From Sulfurospirillaceae bacterium (lineage in GTDB: Bacteria > Campylobacterota > Campylobacteria > Campylobacterales > Sulfurospirillaceae): a DNA stretch of 64,000 bases. Shown piece by piece: positions 60,615 through 64,000 of this stretch. The stretch's first letter is position 1; every line of letters starts with the position of its first letter. Made by a program: the position numbers and the translations under genes. The stretch spans positions 256,001 through 320,000 of the forward strand of contig JAWVXD010000003.1 in the NCBI GenBank assembly GCA_033723415.1, written 5' to 3'. The notes under the pieces were generated by a model. It did not search any database. It worked only from the letters and a program-made list of their open reading frames with translations, and was not told where the DNA came from.

Positions 60615-62063
60615 CTAGAATTTTTTCCAAAATGATTTACTTAGCAGAATAAAGACAGTGTAACATTCTAATCTTCCTATTATCATAGCAAAGGAGAGTA
60701 TGATTTTGTCATACCATGAAAAAAAAGCGTAATTATTTACAGGTCCGGTTAGAGAAAAACCAGGTCCTGTATTGCCGACAATCGTCATAGCTGTACTTAT
60801 AGAGGTCATCTCATCATATCCTCTGGCATAAAGATACAACATGACAAAGAAAATAGTAAGAATAAAAAGTGAGAAAAATCCAAATATAGAACTAATGACA
60901 GAATTCTTTATCGGCTTATCATCTATGAAAATAGAAGCTATAGATTCAGGCTTTAGAGATCTTCTTATCTCTATGGATATATTTTTAAAGTAGATTATAT
61001 ATCTGATGATTTTGGCTCCACCTGCAGTTGAGCCTGCATTCGCGCCTGTTATCATTGCTATCAGGATCAACGCTATGGAAAAGTGACTCCATGTCGAATA
61101 ATCAGTAGAAACGAAACCTGTGCTTGTCATGATAGAAGATATAGTAAAAGCAGAATGTTTAAAAACATCATAAAGATCCATGCTGTTTGAGTTATAGTGT
61201 GAAAATGTCAGCAAGAGTGACAATATAGCAAGTATACCAATATACCATTTTACCTCTTCAGAGTTGTAACTCTTATAATCACCACCTATGAATTTGATGT
61301 GTGCCAGAAAATTTATACCTGATATGATCATGAAAAATATGGTCGTCCATATAATGCCGTCATTATTTGAAAAAAATGCAAATGATGAATTTTTGGTAGA
61401 AAATCCTCCTGTTGAAACAGTTGCAAAGGCATGATTTACAGCATCGAACCAATTCATCCCAAAAAATTTTAAACATAGTATATTTGATATTGTGATTAAA
61501 AAATAAACGCCCCAGAGTTTATTTGCCGTATGTTTTATCTTTGGAGTTATCTTATCTATAGAAATACCTGTAGATTCTGCTCTAAAAAGACTGAGAGAAC
61601 CGCTTGGATTGATAAGAGGGAAAAGACCGACACCTAATACTATGATCCCCATACCGCCGATCCAGTGCATAAGGCTCCTATGAAATAGTATACTTTTAGG
61701 AAGAGATTCTATATTTCCATACACAGTTGCACCTGTTGTTGTAAAACCGCTTATGGCTTCAAAAAAGCCACTTGAAAAATCAATACCGGTTTGCAACACC
61801 AAAGGGAGTGCACCTCCTATGCCTAGTAAAATCCAGATGAGATTTACAGAGATAATACTTTCTTTTATACTTAGTGAAAAGTTATGTTTTCTAAGTGAGA
61901 TAAAAACCAAAAAATTTATAATAAGGAGAGAGAAGATAGCTATAAAATGAAGTTTAATGTTTTCGTGATAAAATAATCCAATAATAATAGGTAATAAAAA
62001 AGCTAAAAAAATAATTATACCGACTGCAGAAACAAATTTTGATATGCTTTTAATGCTCATCAT
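60615..62063 (-). CDS. trkH: Trk potassium uptake membrane protein
   Basis: FEAISGFTTTG, HWIGGMG, TVSTGGF, GSTAGG, GNTGPG and GRLE motifs. Start moved to the ATG overlapping the trkA stop. Confidence 0.94.
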   Translation of the reverse strand: MMSIKSISKFVSAVGIIIFLAFLLPIIIGLFYHENIKLHFIAIFSLLIINFLVFISLRKHNFSLSIKESIISVNLIWILLGIGGALPLVLQTGIDFSSGFFEAISGFTTTGATVYGNIESLPKSILFHRSLMHWIGGMGIIVLGVGLFPLINPSGSLSLFRAESTGISIDKITPKIKHTANKLWGVYFLITISNILCLKFFGMNWFDAVNHAFATVSTGGFSTKNSSFAFFSNNDGIIWTTIFFMIISGINFLAHIKFIGGDYKSYNSEEVKWYIGILAILSLLLTFSHYNSNSMDLYDVFKHSAFTISSIMTSTGFVSTDYSTWSHFSIALILIAMITGANAGSTAGGAKIIRYIIYFKNISIEIRRSLKPESIASIFIDDKPIKNSVISSIFGFFSLFILTIFFVMLYLYARGYDEMTSISTAMTIVGNTGPGFSLTGPVNNYAFFSWYDKIILSFAMIIGRLECYTVFILLSKSFWKKF

Positions 62064-63397
62064 AAATTGAAATGTAACCACTTTGAGATTTGTTCAGCAT
62101 TTTCGCTCTTGCTAAAAGAGATAATGATATCGTTTTTCTTGAATATGTCTATCTTGCCATAAGGAAAGATCTGCTGTTCTCGTTGTATGAAGAACATTCC
62201 TTTGCTTTGTAGTTTTGACGGGAGTGGAATAAATTTATCAACGAGACCTGAGGAGCTAAATACTTTTCTGAACATGATCAAGCCTTCTCCTCCGCAATAT
62301 TGTCTTTTTATAACGATATTTGAAGATTCGATTTTCTCTAAAATCGAATAATAAGCATTTATCTTTTCTCCTCTGACAACTTCTAAATTTAGATTTCTCA
62401 TAAGTTTTGAGTATGCAATATCGTTATTTATAGCTACTACTTTTTTGATATTATTGTCTTTTGCTTCCATACATTTTGCTATATTATATTCATCATTTGG
62501 TGAAGCCACAATAAACATATCCGGCATGACACCATCTTTTCCTATTGAGTGATCTAATCCATATGTACTTTTGATAACCGTTACTTTATTTTTTAGGATA
62601 AGATTTGCTTTTTCGCATTTTTTTAGATCTTTATCCAATATTTGTATATTGATATCTTTTTTTAGTAGCACTTTTGCGATCTCTATGCCCAAGTTATCAG
62701 CCCCAAATATAAGACAATTTCTGATTTCGTTAGTCTCCTCTGCACAGAAAGTTCCAAATTTTAACTCTTTTATGGCTGATGGATAAGCATAAAAATAGAC
62801 CAAATCATTAGCTTCTAAAATATCAATATCTTCTGGAACGCTAAATGTACCGTTTCTTTCAATTCCTGCAACTACCAATTTGTTATTCATATCGTTTATA
62901 AGAGATTTGATGACCATAGTCTGGAAATCTTCCGGGATTCTCAGAGAGATTAGCAGTGCTTTTGTATATTCAAAAGATTTTACATTTCTTGCGTGCGGAA
63001 AGTCTATGAGATATTTAAAAGGCTGTGCTGCTTCAAAAGAGGGTATAACACAATCGCTGATACCAAGTCTTTCTTTTATTAGAGGATCATCAAAGAAACC
63101 ATTTTTTAATCTTATGATCTTTTTGCCGACTTTAGCTATTTTGTCTATGATAAGAGCTGCTATTAGATTTACTTCATCTGAGTCAGTGACTGCTATAAAA
63201 AGATCTACATCTGAGTGAACCGACTCATAAGTGTATTGATTTTCCGTATCGCCGCATATGGCTAGTACATCTAGATTTTCTTGTATTTGTTTGATTGCAT
63301 CTGCATTTTTATCTATTACCATAACGTCATTGTTAACCATCAAATGTTTAGCTATGAGATAGCCAACTTTTCCGGCTCCGGCAATTATTACGTTCAT
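62060..63397 (-). CDS. trkA: Trk potassium uptake regulatory subunit (two RCK domains)
   Basis: GAGKVG and FIAVTDSDEVN; second RCK domain with degenerate GADNLG and NDEYN. Confidence 0.9.
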   Translation of the reverse strand: MNVIIAGAGKVGYLIAKHLMVNNDVMVIDKNADAIKQIQENLDVLAICGDTENQYTYESVHSDVDLFIAVTDSDEVNLIAALIIDKIAKVGKKIIRLKNGFFDDPLIKERLGISDCVIPSFEAAQPFKYLIDFPHARNVKSFEYTKALLISLRIPEDFQTMVIKSLINDMNNKLVVAGIERNGTFSVPEDIDILEANDLVYFYAYPSAIKELKFGTFCAEETNEIRNCLIFGADNLGIEIAKVLLKKDINIQILDKDLKKCEKANLILKNKVTVIKSTYGLDHSIGKDGVMPDMFIVASPNDEYNIAKCMEAKDNNIKKVVAINNDIAYSKLMRNLNLEVVRGEKINAYYSILEKIESSNIVIKRQYCGGEGLIMFRKVFSSSGLVDKFIPLPSKLQSKGMFFIQREQQIFPYGKIDIFKKNDIIISFSKSENAEQISKWLHFNL

Positions 63398-63498
63398 TAA
63401 AATTGTCCTTGAAATATAAAAATAAATCTAAAATAGAATAAATATTATATCACAGAAGCTTATTGGTTACTCTTAAATTGATTGTGGAGAAAAAAGGA

Positions 63499-63575
63499 TG
63501 GTGGGTTCTGAGTGACTCGAACACTCGACCGCCCGGTTATGAGCCGGGAGCTCTAACCAACTGAGCTAAGAACCC
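63499..63575 (-). tRNA. tRNA with CAT anticodon, most likely tRNA-Ile2 (lysidine-modified); alternative is elongator tRNA-Met
   Basis: GGGTTCTTAGCTCAGTTGGTTAGAGCTCCCGGCT-CAT-AACCGGGCGGTCGAGTGTTCGAGTCACTCAGAACCCACCA, 77 nt, full cloverleaf with encoded CCA. The G1-C72 pair argues against fMet. TAGAAT -10 at 63594-63599. Confidence 0.93.
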
Positions 63576-63660
63576 ATCATTTTTAAGAGTGACATTCTAC
63601 AGTGTTATAAATTAAAATCAGATTAAAAATGATGTTATGCAAACATACTTTTTTAAAATT

Positions 63661-63999
63661 TTAGTACTTGACCATTTTATGTGTCGGATCAAATCTAAAA
63701 GCAATGGTATTTTCTAAAATTCCAAAAAATACCATAAATGTTATAAAACTGCTGCCACCGTAGCTAAAAAAGGGCAAAGGCACTCCAACAACAGGAGCTA
63801 GTCCTATGGTCATGGCGATATTTACACTAGTGTAGACAAACATGAGCAGACCTATGCCCGTCGTTATGACTTGTGCAAAATAATCGTTTTTTAATTTAAA
63901 ATTTAAAGTGATCAAGTGAATTACCAAAAAAGCATATAAAAAGATAAGGCAGCATGCTCCCCAAAATCCAAATCTCTCTACAAAATAAGCAAATATAAA
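63661..63999 (-). CDS. rodA: 3' end of a RodA/FtsW (SEDS) family protein; truncated by the window edge
   Basis: Frame reads FIFAYFVERFGF...VNIAMTIGLAPVVGVPLPFFSYGGSS. Confidence 0.85.
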   Translation of the reverse strand, partial: FIFAYFVERFGFWGACCLIFLYAFLVIHLITLNFKLKNDYFAQVITTGIGLLMFVYTSVNIAMTIGLAPVVGVPLPFFSYGGSSFITFMVFFGILENTIAFRFDPTHKMVKY

Positions 64000-64000
64000 A

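Noticed and set aside
63400..63660. tRNA-anchored genomic island
   Set aside because: No integrase and no direct repeat of the tRNA 3' end in the window; the flanking genes are core.

Overview
AT-rich chromosomal segment of a Campylobacterota (epsilonproteobacterial) genome. This placement is inferred from gene content and the conserved orders oadA/pycB-pckA-argH, hit/pheS-pheT-aroA-ispH-rpsA-hyp-serA and DUF234-flgS. The Na+-pumping decarboxylase and SQR suggest a free-living, probably marine, Sulfurospirillum/Sulfurimonas/Arcobacter-like organism. Left to right the window holds: a modC-like 3' end, a host-attachment/baeRF12-type protein, ycaO, an NlpC/P60 lipoprotein, an Entner-Doudoroff operon (zwf-pgl-edd-eda), a GAF-PAS-GGDEF-EAL protein, a cold-shock gene, a lipoate-ligase-family gene, an SNF transporter, a two-component system with a TRAP transporter and an Fe-S D-lactate dehydrogenase, oadGAB-pckA-argH, the core pheS..serA block, an accessory block between serA and efp (sqr, an unannotated 49-aa microprotein, TolC, MFP, a split RND pump and two more small ORFs), efp-yajL-cvfB-HI0933-dnaE, a minus-strand run trkA-trkH-DUF234-flgS-DUF1538-PII-like-CBS, a tRNA with CAT anticodon (probably Ile2) and the rodA 3' end. 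No transposase, integrase, phage gene, CRISPR array or rRNA was seen. The strongest candidates for undescribed biology are (1) the SQR/microprotein/split-RND module with its palindromic operator, (2) the DUF1538/PII-like/CBS module, and (3) a tandem, covarying structured repeat in the dnaE leader. All family assignments come from motif recognition by eye; no database search was run.
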